Shown: positions 33,692 through 44,503, counted from the first letter of the stretch. The stretch is DNA of 64,000 nt from Mycoplasmatales bacterium (GCA_965226165.1 CBDDCI010000002.1:656-64655), one strand, 5' to 3'. Translations and numbers: made by a program. The notes: generated by a model from the letters alone, not told the origin.

Positions 33692-34795
33692 ATGAATTAT
33701 TATAGAAAACTTATAGAGAAAACAATTAATGATGTTAAGTTGAAAATGCAAATCGGTGCTTTAACAGTTAGAATAACTGAAAATATTAATAAAATAAATG
33801 ATTTACTTGAAGTAGATAAAGATATTAAAAAAGATGTTAGTGATAATTCAAATGCTCTTAAAAATTTTTACACTAAACAAGATGTACTAAATATAACAGG
33901 TCAATATTATTTAAAAAAATATCTTTATGATAAAACATATATAGATACTAATTTTTTAGTAAAATCAGAAATTGATAAGAAAGATAATGAAATATTAAAT
34001 AAAGTAAATAATAATTTTTATTCAAAAAATTACACTAGCGATAATTATCACTTAAAAAACAATGTTTATGATAAGAATTATATAAACAATTTAACTAATA
34101 ATCTTTATAACAGAACACATTTAGATAATCAATTTAATAATATATATAATAAAACAGAAATAAATGATGAAATATCAAAATTGGATAGGAACATTGTTTT
34201 ATTCAATACAAATTTAACCAAATTTATTGATGAAACTTATGAAAACGATAAAGAAATTTTAGAAGGAGATATAAAAGAAAATAAAAATTTCATTATTAAT
34301 ACATTTAGTACATTTTCAAACAACATTAGTAACATCAATAATAGTCAAAATAGTAGATTGAGTGATTTAGAAAGTAAAAATTTAAGTGATACTCAAATAA
34401 CTAAAATAAATGAATTAGAGAATATTGATCTTGGGAAGATTAATAAATATTCATATTATATAAAAGAATTTTTTATGCATAATATAGATTTAGTCAGGAG
34501 GTTTAATATAACATCTGAAGCAGATTCTATTCAAGTACTACAATTTGAAATAGATAGAAATTTTTTAGTTAATGATATAATCAAATTTTTTATAAGTATA
34601 AAGTTTTTGTATGAAAACATGAAAATGTATTGGGTACTATATTTTAAGATAGATGTTCATTATAAAGATGATGTATTAATTAAAAGTTTTAAAAGACAAA
34701 TGACCTCAAAAGGATTTATTTTCAAAAACCTAGTGACATTTAATATAGATAATATGTTTAAACTTAATAAACAAACAGATCGATTAATTTTTTAA
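33692..34795 (+). CDS. Asn/Tyr-rich coiled-coil protein, 367 aa, a candidate fiber/spike protein.
   Basis: N-terminal coiled coil, then reiterated N-x-Y-x-K/N-Y motifs (YDKTYIDTNFL, YSKNYTSDNYHL, YDKNYINNLTNNLYNRTHLDNQFNNIYNKT). It is the last gene before the right TIR. Confidence 0.45.
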   Translation: MNYYRKLIEKTINDVKLKMQIGALTVRITENINKINDLLEVDKDIKKDVSDNSNALKNFYTKQDVLNITGQYYLKKYLYDKTYIDTNFLVKSEIDKKDNEILNKVNNNFYSKNYTSDNYHLKNNVYDKNYINNLTNNLYNRTHLDNQFNNIYNKTEINDEISKLDRNIVLFNTNLTKFIDETYENDKEILEGDIKENKNFIINTFSTFSNNISNINNSQNSRLSDLESKNLSDTQITKINELENIDLGKINKYSYYIKEFFMHNIDLVRRFNITSEADSIQVLQFEIDRNFLVNDIIKFFISIKFLYENMKMYWVLYFKIDVHYKDDVLIKSFKRQMTSKGFIFKNLVTFNIDNMFKLNKQTDRLIF

Positions 34796-34799
34796 ATAA

Positions 34800-35680
34800 C
34801 GTTTATAAACAAAAAAATTTCAACATTCAAAGTTTGTTTTTTAATGACTCAGTATTTTTTCGTTACATTTTCGTCAGTGAATTCGAAAATAATACCGAGT
34901 CATATAGAAACAAACAAAAAATCATCGCCACTGACAAACCCTGACAAACCTAACAAAAATATGAATAAACATCTATTCGAACAAGTAGTATACATTCCTC
35001 CGAATTCTCTCAAAATGAAAAATAGGAAGAACAAATTTGCCAGTTTCTCGGGGAGATCCGTTTAAATATATATATATCCATATTCGAGTATATTGGGGAT
35101 TTTTAGTGAGCTTAATCAAGAAAATTAATTAGCGGAGTTTGGTTAATTTTTAAGAAAAAAAGTTCAATGCACGTCGAAATGGAATGAAGTGAGCGAAGCG
35201 AACGGAATGAAATGGAGACGTGCATTTGAACCTTTATTTTTGAAAAAGATTGACGCGGAGTTCTGATTAACTTTTTCGATGGGCGATAAACGATTATCTA
35301 ACACTATCATCATATTCCCAAAATCTTGTAAATTCCCCATTTTAAAAGCATTTATCTCGAGAGGTTTTTTAAAATTGGTTTAGAATATGTTTTTTTATTA
35401 CTAAAGAATATTTGAAGATATTTTTTTTTTCTATATCATTTTCATCTTAAAAACAATATTTGATTATTATTTATTATCAATGTTGAAAATTGGAGCTTTA
35501 AATATTGCAAGATTTTGTCATATTTTCAGTTTTTGTCTGTACGACCCAAAAAACGACCCCTGAAATGCTCGAGTACAAGATATCAACATATTTAAACGGA
35601 TCTCCCCGAGAAACTGGCAAATTTGTTCTTCCTATTTTTCATTTTGAGAGAATTCGGAGGAATGTATACTACTGAAATTA
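34800..35680 (-). repeat. Right terminal inverted repeat of copy 2.
   Basis: Reverse complement of 18392-19160. The terminal ~85 bp block is also present in inverted orientation at 34985-35065. The identical track ORFs 18903-19151 and 34844-35065 are a consequence of the TIR. Confidence 0.8.
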
Positions 35681-36290
35681 GTGTTGAGTTGTTATTACGA
35701 AATTGTGATTAATTAAATGAAATTAGTCTGAAATTATATGAAATGAGTATGAAATTATATGAAAATAGTGTTGAGTTGTTATTACCATGTAACGATTATT
35801 TGAATGACTCAGATTTTTTATCGCTGTTTTTCAAGTTATTTACGGGTTATGAAGCGATAATTGTGATTATTTGTCGAAAAAAACACAAGCTGTTAAAGTA
35901 GGGTTAAGTAGTTATAACAAAATCTTAATTTATTTGAAAAATTATATGAAATGAGTATGAAAATGATATGAAAATTATATGAAATTAGTCTGAAATTATA
36001 TGAAAATTAGCATGAAATTATATGAAAATTAGTATGAAATTATATGAAAAAAATTAGTATGAAATTATATGGAATTATATGAAAAAAATAAAAATGATGT
36101 ATAAATTATTTAAAAATAGTGTTCAGTTGTTATTAGTGTGCAACGATTAATTAAACGACTCAGATTTTTTATGGCTGTTTTTCGCGATATTAGCTGTCAA
36201 TGTCGTGATAATGAGTGTTATTTGTAGAAAAAATATGAGCTGTTAAAGTAAGGTTAAGAAGTTATGATGAAATTTTAAATTTCTTAATCA
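35680..36290 (+). repeat. Satellite S (forward orientation) between copy 2 and copy 3.
   Basis: Same ~180 bp unit and ATGAAATTATATGAAA microrepeats as 17940-18392. It is inverted at 50100-51180. Confidence 0.75.
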
Positions 36291-37008
36291 TAAAATTTTT
36301 CAAAAAAAAATTTTGAAAAAAAAATTTACAAAAAAATTTTCAAAAAATTTTAAGTTAGTGGTTTAAAAATTTAAATAGTACTTAAAAATTTTACAAGCGG
36401 ATGCTCGATTAGACTAACTCCCTAATTGAGTTCAGTCAAAGCAACACTAACACCACGGTTTAGGGTTCCGTGGAGACCTGCTCCAAAAAATTCGAAATGC
36501 ACCAAATTCATCGTAACTTGCAGGCTGCGTATCCCTGACTGATTCGTCAAATAGACGAATGACAGCTGACCTCTATACTGAAAATTCACGACTGCAATCG
36601 ATTACTATCGGGTATAGGGGAGATGCGTTTTGTATTAATATATCAAAGCGTTTTAAAACAAGAAAAAAAAATCGTGGAATTATTTGACAGTGTAATCATA
36701 CCATATTAGGAATTACTATATACACTCTATGATATGACGCTTGTTGTTATCATGTATATGTGTACTTAAAATTTTTTTGGGAAAAATTTTTTTTTTTGAA
36801 AATTTTTTTTGGAAAATTTTTTTTGAAAATTTTTTTTTGGAAAATTTTTTTTTTGGAATTTTTTTTTGGAAAATTTTTTATATTAATCTCAATCAAATTA
36901 TCAAAATATTTAACATTTAAATTATAACAATTTTGCTCGTATATCATTCTATATATATAATGTATGTGGAATATTTGTTATTATATAGTCTAACATAATA
37001 TTATATAA
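36290..37008 (+). repeat. 5' terminal region of copy 3: simple repeats, inverted block A (36380-36620) and a ~75 bp TIR (36870-36950).
   Basis: 36380-36620 is the reverse complement of 8740-9000. 36870-36950 is inverted at 49975-50050 (TATGAGCAGGATTGTTATAATTTAAATG...ATAATTTGATTGA.ATT.ATATAAAA). Confidence 0.6.
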
Positions 37009-38343
37009 ATGGTAATCGACATTCATAAAGCTATTATATCTAATCCAATTAGTAAAAATCTATTAAAACCGTGGGGAAGTTTTGCTAAACCAAATTCTTT
37101 AAGAGGAAAAATATTTAATAAATACACAGACCCTGGAAATCCAATTGAAAAACAAGTTGATTTTCATCCTTATACAGGTCAAATATACAAAGTTCATGAT
37201 CCTCCACTATCAAATAACGATAGATGCAGTATGTTTCATGACATAGCTTATACTGTTGCTCAAAACGTAGGAAAAAATCCAAAAGACGTTAAAAACAGAA
37301 AATTACAAGCTGATGATAAATGGTTAGATTGTTTTAAAGTAAGAACACCGTATGATATGCTGGCTTATAGTGCTATTAAAACTAAAAAAACTCTTGGATT
37401 AGGAAATAATTTTACAATGGAAGACCTTAGTCAAGAACTAAATAAACCAACAATTCAAAAATTTGAAAGACAGAAAGTAATTGTTAATCATATAAACGAA
37501 ATACACAGTACAGATTTAGTCGATATGACTCAATATTCAAAAATGAATAGAGGTTATAAATATATTTTTACTAATATTGACATTTTTAGTAAATATGCTT
37601 ATGCTTACCCGATTAAATCTAAAAAAATACAAGACATTAAACTCTGTTTTGAAAAAATATTTAAAAATAATAAACCAAAATACATATGGTCAGATAAAGA
37701 ACCAGCTTTTTTATCTAAAGAAATGCAAGTGTTTTTCAAAAATAACAACGTTAAAATATACCATACCAACAGCCATTTAAAAGCAGTCATTGTTGAAAGA
37801 TTTAACCGTTCATTACGAGAATTGATGATGAAAGAATTTGTTAAAAATAATAATACAGTCTGGTATAATATTCTACCAAAATTAATAAAAATATATAATA
37901 ATAGATACCATTCTACTATTAAAATGAAGCCTACCCAAGTAAATAAAAACAATGAAAAGTATATTAAAGAAAATATATATACTTATAATAAAACAAATAA
38001 AAATCCTAAATTTAAAATAGGGGATTTAGTCAGAATTAGTTTAAAAAGAAGAAACCTTTTTGATAAACCGTCTGGTAATATTAAATGGACTGAAGAATTA
38101 TTCAAAATACATTCAATTACTAAATCAAATGTAATAACTTATAAAATTAAAGATTTAAATGATGAAATAATAAAAGGTATTTTCTACGAAAAAGAATTAC
38201 AAAAAACTAAAAATACTTCTGAAGTATATGTTATAGAAAAAATTATTCGGAGAAATAAAAACAAATACCTCGTTAAATGGAGAAATTATTCAAACGATTT
38301 TAATAGCTGGATTGATAAAGATGATATAATAAAATATACATAA
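37009..38343 (+). CDS. Retroviral-type (rve) integrase with a C-terminal chromodomain.
   Basis: HSTDLVDM...GYKYIFTNIDIFSKYAYAYPIKSK, YHTNSHLKAVIVERFNRSLRE, chromodomain VYVIEKIIRRNKNKYLVKWRNYSNDFNSW. About 70% identical to copy 2's integrase. Confidence 0.9.
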   Translation: MVIDIHKAIISNPISKNLLKPWGSFAKPNSLRGKIFNKYTDPGNPIEKQVDFHPYTGQIYKVHDPPLSNNDRCSMFHDIAYTVAQNVGKNPKDVKNRKLQADDKWLDCFKVRTPYDMLAYSAIKTKKTLGLGNNFTMEDLSQELNKPTIQKFERQKVIVNHINEIHSTDLVDMTQYSKMNRGYKYIFTNIDIFSKYAYAYPIKSKKIQDIKLCFEKIFKNNKPKYIWSDKEPAFLSKEMQVFFKNNNVKIYHTNSHLKAVIVERFNRSLRELMMKEFVKNNNTVWYNILPKLIKIYNNRYHSTIKMKPTQVNKNNEKYIKENIYTYNKTNKNPKFKIGDLVRISLKRRNLFDKPSGNIKWTEELFKIHSITKSNVITYKIKDLNDEIIKGIFYEKELQKTKNTSEVYVIEKIIRRNKNKYLVKWRNYSNDFNSWIDKDDIIKYT

Positions 38344-38698
38344 ATATGTCATTTTCAAATACGCAATTAACAAAAAACATGTCATTACAATTATTTTTAT
38401 GACATCATAAATCCGTGAAAATATGTCATTTTCAAATACGTAATTAACGAAAAACATGTCATTACAATTATTTTTATGACATCATAAATCCGTGAAAATA
38501 TGTCGTGAAAATAATAAAAATATGTCATTCATAAATCCGTGAAAATGATAAAAATACGTTCAAATACGTAATTAACGAAAAACATGTCATTACAATTATT
38601 TTTATGATTCATTCCGTGAAAATAATAAAAATATGTCATTTTTAAATATGCAATTAACAAAAAATATGATATCACGTTTTTGTATAATCTATTAATAT
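38344..38698 (+). promoter_or_regulatory. Array of ~75 bp direct repeats rich in ATGTCAT / ATGACAT motifs downstream of the integrase.
   Basis: The unit tatgtcattttcaaatacg.aattaac.aaaaacatgtcattacaattatttttatgacatcataaatccgtgaaaa is repeated 3-4 times. Confidence 0.45.
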
Positions 38699-39646
38699 AT
38701 GACGTCTTTTGCAACAATAACACCAGAAGATTATAAAAAATTAGTTGATAATGAAAGAAAAATTTTTAATTTGACAGAAAATTTTACAACTCCTGAAATT
38801 TTAAACAAATATAGACACAGTGATAAAAATATTGATGATAAAATTAAACAAGGAGAAATGAATAAAGAAAAATATGAACGCTTAGATAAAATAATTAATA
38901 AAAGTATAGATAGACTCAAACCAACAAATGATTTTATAGATGAATATAGTTATATTAGTGATGATAAAAACGATCATACATTAAATTATGATATTGATAT
39001 GTCAGATATATATAAAAAAGATTATAAATTTGATAATGATGATGAAATATTAGATTCTTTTTCAAAATTATATGAAGAACATGATATCGAATATAAGCCG
39101 AGAGAAAAAACTCAATTTATTAGAGTTAGATATCTTTTACAAAAAATGAAAGAAAGTGAAAATGTACCCACTAATTTATATAATCATTTTCATACGAGTT
39201 TATCAGAAAACAATAAATTATATCATAAAATACCAACTTATCAAGAAGAAGAAGAAGAACAAACAGGTTCTTCCGTTAATAATATTATAATAAATGATAA
39301 AGATTTAAATAATGGTATATTAAAAGTTAGATATTTAAATAACAGAAAATTAACGAATAATCTTTTAAAACATGACTATAAAATTTCTAAAAAAATGGTA
39401 AATGCTATAAAATTTAACAAAGATATACATAAATTATCAAAAAACGAAATGAAAATATATCACGAACTACAAAAATTCTTAAATAAAGAACAAGATATAA
39501 ATGTATTAATAGGTTCATACCTGTCAGGTAATAATTCTAAAAAATTATATAATAAAATTTCTTCAATGTTATATAATAAATTAAAAAATAATATAATTTC
39601 TAAAAAAGAATATACAAAAATTATAAATAAAATTAATAAAATATAA
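38699..39646 (+). CDS. Lys/Asn-rich conserved Polinton protein, 315 aa (homolog of 27047-28141).
   Basis: Conserved C-terminal block GILKVRYLNNRKLTNNLLKHDYKISKKMVNAIK...GSYLSGNNSKKLYNKISSMLYNKLKNNIISKKEYTKIINK. Confidence 0.5.
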   Translation: MTSFATITPEDYKKLVDNERKIFNLTENFTTPEILNKYRHSDKNIDDKIKQGEMNKEKYERLDKIINKSIDRLKPTNDFIDEYSYISDDKNDHTLNYDIDMSDIYKKDYKFDNDDEILDSFSKLYEEHDIEYKPREKTQFIRVRYLLQKMKESENVPTNLYNHFHTSLSENNKLYHKIPTYQEEEEEQTGSSVNNIIINDKDLNNGILKVRYLNNRKLTNNLLKHDYKISKKMVNAIKFNKDIHKLSKNEMKIYHELQKFLNKEQDINVLIGSYLSGNNSKKLYNKISSMLYNKLKNNIISKKEYTKIINKINKI

Positions 39647-39652
39647 TATTAT

Positions 39653-40342
39653 ATGGAGTATATTTTAAATAGTAATCAACATGAAATTAAAAATAATTGC
39701 TTAAGATACACTTTTCAAAAACCGTTAAGGTTTGAAAATCAATATATATCATTAACAAGTATGATATTCTATAACTATTTTGAAAATATTTCTGATAAAT
39801 TTAAATTGATTATAAAAAATAAAACACAAAGTCATACTATTAATTTTAAAAATGGTAGTTATTATGTATCTGATATTTCAAAAATTATAGACGATGAAAT
39901 AAAAAATAATTTTAATGATATATCAGAAAAAGAAAAATATATTCAAATTGTAGTCGATGTAAATAGATACGCTATTTTAGTTGTAATTAAAGAAAATTGG
40001 GTATTAGAATTAGATAAAAATTTTATGGATTTATTCGGATTTGAAAAAAATATATTTGAAGAAGGATATCATAGATCTACTAAAATTCCTAATTTAGATA
40101 AAACCAAATTCTTAAAAATTTATTGTAATCTTGTTGATAACAAAGAAGATAATGAGTTCTTAACAAATGTTTTTATTAAAAATAATATTGGAGAACAAAT
40201 TATTTACGAAAATCATAATAATTATAAACGAAAAAAAATATTAGACACAACGTTTAATTACATCGAAATTTGTATTAAAAATGAAAACAATGAAGATATA
40301 GTTATGAAAGATTTATTTCAGATATCGCTTTATATAAGTTAA
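39653..40342 (+). CDS. Conserved 229-aa protein, a candidate minor capsid (penton) protein.
   Basis: Homolog of 28156-28848 (N-terminal LNSN.H....LRY.F..P.RF.N...SLT, C-terminal DLFQISLYIS). Confidence 0.5.
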   Translation: MEYILNSNQHEIKNNCLRYTFQKPLRFENQYISLTSMIFYNYFENISDKFKLIIKNKTQSHTINFKNGSYYVSDISKIIDDEIKNNFNDISEKEKYIQIVVDVNRYAILVVIKENWVLELDKNFMDLFGFEKNIFEEGYHRSTKIPNLDKTKFLKIYCNLVDNKEDNEFLTNVFIKNNIGEQIIYENHNNYKRKKILDTTFNYIEICIKNENNEDIVMKDLFQISLYIS

Positions 40343-40348
40343 AAATAT

Positions 40349-40717
40349 ATGATGTATTTAGAAAAGTTATTTAATGAAATATTATTACAATTAAAAGAAG
40401 AATCTAAAAAATATAAAAAATTAAAAATATGTAAATACTCGTTTGAAATTTCTAAAGTAGTTATTTTATCATTAGCTACAGGATTATCTTTTATTAATAT
40501 TTTTGCTATTCTATCTATAATCTAATACCTGTCATAGATACTACAAAACATACTGCTAATATAGATCAAAGATTAAATATGTGTAAATTAAAGAAAGACC
40601 TTCTTAAAGAATTATATAATTACAGGTCATCGACTTATAAAAATTTAAATGAAGAAGAAATAAATCATCTTTATGATAAATTAACAAATAAACTTTCTGT
40701 TATAAATACTTTTTAAA
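40349..40717 (+). pseudogene. Small transmembrane protein gene with a frameshift after the hydrophobic segment.
   Basis: MMYLEKLFNEILLQLKEESKKYKKLKICKYSFEISKVVILSLATGLSFINIFAILSII*. The conserved tail IPVIDTTKHTANIDQRLNMCKLKKDLLKEL...EINHLYDKLTNKLSVINTF follows in another frame. It is about 70% identical to copy 1 4968-5336. Confidence 0.45.
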
Positions 40718-40732
40718 ATGGTTTAAATATAT

Positions 40733-41365
40733 ATGACTATAATTAACTTTGATGAGATAATTGGTAAAAAATTTAATACTATTACAAATAACATATTTTG
40801 TTTAAGTCATCCTAAAAACGCTTTGATAATTGGTAAAACAAACAGTGGTAAAACAAACATATTAATGAATTTAATAGCTCAAAATTCTATATATGAAAAA
40901 ATATATATTTATACTAATAATTTGGATGAAAAATATAAATGGTTAAAAAATAAATTTAAAGATGATGTCTTTATTTATATAAATGAAATTAATTTTGATA
41001 AAATAGATAAAAATTATGTTAATTTAATAATATTCGATGACCTTGTATTTTCAAATAAAAAAATATCTGAATTTTATTGTAAATCAAGAAAATTAAATTG
41101 TTCAACTATTTTTATAGGTCATCGCTATTTTAAAAACATTGATAGAACTTTAAAAAATAATATTGATTATTTAATATTTACTCAATTGGATAAACGAGAG
41201 TTAAATATGTTATACCAAGATATAAATTTGGATATTTCTTTAAATGAATTTCAAGATATTAATATGAATTTAAAAAGATATGAATTTATTTTAATTGATA
41301 AATATAATGAATATAAATTTATGAGAATTAGAAAAAATTTAAATCAAATTTATATATGTAAATAA
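40733..41365 (+). CDS. FtsK/HerA-superfamily (A32-like) DNA packaging ATPase.
   Basis: Walker A IIGKTNSGKTN, Walker B-like LIIFDDL. About 35% identical to copies 1 and 2. Confidence 0.8.
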   Translation: MTIINFDEIIGKKFNTITNNIFCLSHPKNALIIGKTNSGKTNILMNLIAQNSIYEKIYIYTNNLDEKYKWLKNKFKDDVFIYINEINFDKIDKNYVNLIIFDDLVFSNKKISEFYCKSRKLNCSTIFIGHRYFKNIDRTLKNNIDYLIFTQLDKRELNMLYQDINLDISLNEFQDINMNLKRYEFILIDKYNEYKFMRIRKNLNQIYICK

Positions 41366-41368
41366 TAT

Positions 41369-41518
41369 ATGATTAACGGACTTGATATTTATTACTCTAA
41401 AAATATTGGGAGAGGATTAAAACCTGTTAGTAATAAAAAAACAGCTTCTGGTTTAAAACCTGTTAGTAAAGGAGGTTCATGTAAAAAATATGGAAAAGGA
41501 TTAAAAATACTTCAATAA
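41369..41518 (+). CDS. Small Lys/Gly-rich basic protein, 49 aa.
   Basis: MINGLDIYYSKNIGRGLKPVSNKKTASGLKPVSKGGSCKKYGKGLKILQ. Below the track's ORF length cutoff but conserved in position and in its GLKxV repeats. Confidence 0.4.
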   Translation: MINGLDIYYSKNIGRGLKPVSNKKTASGLKPVSKGGSCKKYGKGLKILQ

Positions 41519-41543
41519 ATTTAATATTTATTAATAATATATA

Positions 41544-42788
41544 ATGAATGATTTAAGAATTTTAGATGATTTATTTGAAAAACATAATGACGAAATTCAT
41601 TTTGAATTATTTAAAAATTCGAATATAGTATGGATTAATAATGAAAACCAAGGTGATTTTAACAAAGAAATAGTTTTTAATACAAGATCATTAGCGTCAT
41701 TATTAATTAATTATAAGGATGCGTATGTTTTATTAAAATTAGAAGTAAAAATACCATATGATCAAACAGACCAAGGTAAAAAATCTGTACCAAAATTAAT
41801 CTCTCTTAAAAAATCATTTGAATTAGTAGAATATTTAAGAATCTCTCTCAATAATGTTATTATTACTAATGAAAGCTATGTTAATAGGTCTAACTTAGTT
41901 AATTATGTTTTAAATAATGCTTATAATGATCCAACTTCATATAGAAATATATCAAAAGCTATTTCAACTGGTCTAAACATAACTGACAATCAATTTATTA
42001 CTAAAGATACATATTACTCACCTCAAGATGACGACGAAGATACAAGTAATAAATTTCATTATATTGATTTTGAAATACCAATTTTCTTAAAAGACATATC
42101 TGAATTTTTCAGAAAAATCACTGTTCTAAAATTTGCTGAATTTAATATTAATTTAAAATTTATAGATAATATGATTATTTCATCTAGAGAAAATATAGAA
42201 ACGTCTATTAAATCATGTCACTTATTTGTAAAAGAAGTTAAATTACATGAAAATGATCATATCAAATATCTTAAAATGTTAAATGATGGATATAGTAAAA
42301 CTATTAACTTTTTAGAATGTCATACAAGAATTTTTAATGATAAAATGTCTGAAATAAATGAAAACTTTTATGTTAATAATGTACAAAATTGTGATTCTGT
42401 TTATATATATGGTATTTTAGACACAAATAAAGAAGGTTTAAAATATGACCTACCTTCTGTCAAATTTGAAAAACCTTATTTAAATATTGATAATATTAAA
42501 TTTGAAAACCCTATAGATAATGATATTAGTGCTTACGACGAATTAAAAAATAAATCAAATCATTATGATAATTTTTTAATTACATATCCAAATTTCAAAA
42601 ATTATTATAGAATCTATTGCTTTAACGTTTCAAGAAATATACGAGATGACCATAATAATAAATTCATAAATATTATAACAAATATGGAAACAACTTCTTG
42701 TAGTGTTTATGTTGTTTTAAAAACTCATTCAAGTGTTAAATTAGAATATAGTAAATCAAATGGTTTAGTTGTATATAAATCTCAATAA
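41544..42788 (+). CDS. Putative major capsid protein, 414 aa.
   Basis: Positional and sequence homolog of 30089-31285 (N-terminal FNT.S..S.LI.Y..AY, ISNESNVN.S..IN..L.N, FLKDIS.FF). Intact ORF. Confidence 0.5.
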   Translation: MNDLRILDDLFEKHNDEIHFELFKNSNIVWINNENQGDFNKEIVFNTRSLASLLINYKDAYVLLKLEVKIPYDQTDQGKKSVPKLISLKKSFELVEYLRISLNNVIITNESYVNRSNLVNYVLNNAYNDPTSYRNISKAISTGLNITDNQFITKDTYYSPQDDDEDTSNKFHYIDFEIPIFLKDISEFFRKITVLKFAEFNINLKFIDNMIISSRENIETSIKSCHLFVKEVKLHENDHIKYLKMLNDGYSKTINFLECHTRIFNDKMSEINENFYVNNVQNCDSVYIYGILDTNKEGLKYDLPSVKFEKPYLNIDNIKFENPIDNDISAYDELKNKSNHYDNFLITYPNFKNYYRIYCFNVSRNIRDDHNNKFINIITNMETTSCSVYVVLKTHSSVKLEYSKSNGLVVYKSQ

Positions 42789-42816
42789 TATTACTTATTT
42801 ATATATAAATGATTGA

Positions 42817-43376
42817 AATTGGTTATAATTTTTTAAAGAAAGATTTAAATAAAATACAAAAATTTAAAAATCCAACTTTAGATATTGATAAAAGCAGGAT
42901 TAAAAAAATTCAAATTATAAAATATTTCTTAATAAAAATCAATATAATAATTTAATTGAAAATGGTAATATTAAATATAAATTGACTGATTCTAAAAAAC
43001 AAAAACATTTAATGATTGGAGATGGAATTGGTTCTTTAATTCAAATGGCTTTACCGTTTGTTAAATCAGTTGCTACCAAAAGTTTTAGGAACGTTAGGAT
43101 TATCATCTTTAGGAGCTGTAGCTTCTTCTGCTATTAGTAAAAAAATGAATAAAGATCATATTATAAAAATATCTGATAAACAACTTGAATGATATAAATA
43201 AAAATTTAGAAAAAATTAATAAAATGAAGGTCTTTGATAAAAAAATTACTTTGAATCAAAAGGGGTCAGGTATATTTTCATTTTTATTACCAATGTTAGC
43301 AAGTACAATAATCCCAGCTTTAATACCTAAGAAAAAAGGATCTGGTATTTCTAACAAAAATGATTTTTTTTGAACA
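42817..43376 (+). pseudogene. Pre-protease structural protein gene, disrupted by stops and a frameshift.
   Basis: N-terminal MIEIGYNFLKKDLNKIQKFKNPTLDI and C-terminal NQKGSGIFSFLLPMLASTIIPALIPKKKGSGISNKNDFF (track ORF 43185-43373) match 31301-31888, but they are not in one open frame. Confidence 0.4.
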
Positions 43377-43824
43377 AATAAAAAATAAATATCCAGAATT
43401 ATTTAAAAAATCAAATTATCCTCTAAGTAATATTTTCATAAATAATTTATTAAAAGATGAAGAATCTTATTTAGATACTTTTTCAAAAGATGAAATACCT
43501 TTAATAGAAAATAATAAATCTCTTATATTTAATTTACAAAATTCTAATGAAAAAGGCAGTCATTGGATAGCACTTTCAAGAAAAAATAACAATATTTTTA
43601 TATTCGACAGTTTTGGAATTGCTCATATCCCAAAAAATATTTATGACATATATAAAAAATTTAATATTATTACAAACATATATAGAATCCAAGATATAAA
43701 TAGTAATCTTTGTGGATTATTTTGTGTATTATTCTGTCTATACAATGTTAATAATAAAAATAAATTCATAGAATTTTTAAATATGTTTAATGTTAATGAT
43801 TATATTAAAAATGAATTAGTATAA
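43360..43824 (+). CDS. Adenovirus-type (adenain/Ulp1-like) cysteine protease.
   Basis: GSHWIALSR...FIFDSFGIAHIP...NLCGLFCVLF. The ATG lies inside AATGATTTTTTTTGA, so the ORF overlaps the last four codons of the upstream gene in the +1 frame. Confidence 0.75.
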   Translation: MIFFEQIKNKYPELFKKSNYPLSNIFINNLLKDEESYLDTFSKDEIPLIENNKSLIFNLQNSNEKGSHWIALSRKNNNIFIFDSFGIAHIPKNIYDIYKKFNIITNIYRIQDINSNLCGLFCVLFCLYNVNNKNKFIEFLNMFNVNDYIKNELV

Positions 43825-43835
43825 TATATTTATAT

Positions 43836-44042
43836 ATGATATTCTGTCTATCCTGTAAAAAACATACTAAAGATATTAACCCTGTTGGTAAATTAACAAA
43901 AAATAATAGACCATATGTTTTATCTAAATGTAATATTTGTAAAAAATCAAAATCAAAATTTGTTTCTGTTAAAGAAATTAAAGGAGATGGATTTTTATCA
44001 AACATATTTAAAAATATTCCAGTATTAAACACCATTTTTTAA
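43836..44042 (+). CDS. Small zinc-ribbon protein, 68 aa.
   Basis: CLSCKKHTKD-x-CNICKKSKSKFVS, conserved with copies 1 and 2. Confidence 0.5.
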   Translation: MIFCLSCKKHTKDINPVGKLTKNNRPYVLSKCNICKKSKSKFVSVKEIKGDGFLSNIFKNIPVLNTIF

Positions 44043-44503
44043 AGATAATAATAATCATCTTCATTTTTTATAAAATGAGGGTATTTTAAATAATTTTTTT
44101 CCAATATTTTAATAATGTCATTATTTAAATTAATAATTTTCTTATTTTTAAAAATCGGTTTGTAATTAATTGAACTTTTATTACAATAAAATTTATATAT
44201 AGAATTTAAATATTTTGATATAGATATTCTTTTCATATTATAAAATTTTCTAATGTCTTCCAATGATTTATCAAAAAATAATATTATATTTTCATTAATT
44301 TGTTTAATATGTAAACATTTTTTATACAAATATTTTTTCCTCTTATAAATAGCTTTTTTATAAAATAATATATTCATCATGTTCATATTATAATCTCTAA
44401 AAGATATTCTATTAACGTATTCGTAATCATGGATAACTCCACAATTTATGCAAACTTTTTCATAATTCTTACAAGTAATATTTTTATTATCACAGCAATT
44501 CAT
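44039..44503 (-). CDS. Hypothetical protein, 154 aa, with an N-terminal CxxC...CxxCG zinc ribbon (TFIIB-like spacing).
   Basis: MNCCDNKNITCKNYEKVCINCGVIHDYEYV. Divergently oriented between the capsid block and pPolB. Confidence 0.4.
   Translation of the reverse strand: MNCCDNKNITCKNYEKVCINCGVIHDYEYVNRISFRDYNMNMMNILFYKKAIYKRKKYLYKKCLHIKQINENIILFFDKSLEDIRKFYNMKRISISKYLNSIYKFYCNKSSINYKPIFKNKKIINLNNDIIKILEKNYLKYPHFIKNEDDYYYL

Larger units (their letters stand above)
18392..35680 (+). mobile_element. Polinton/Maverick-like element, copy 2. It is full length (~17.3 kb) with ~0.8 kb TIRs and 5'-AG...CT-3' termini.
   Basis: TIRs at 18392-19160 and 34800-35680. The pPolB gene is on the minus strand at 20404-24983. 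Integrase through the coiled-coil gene are on the plus strand at 25594-34795. Confidence 0.8.
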
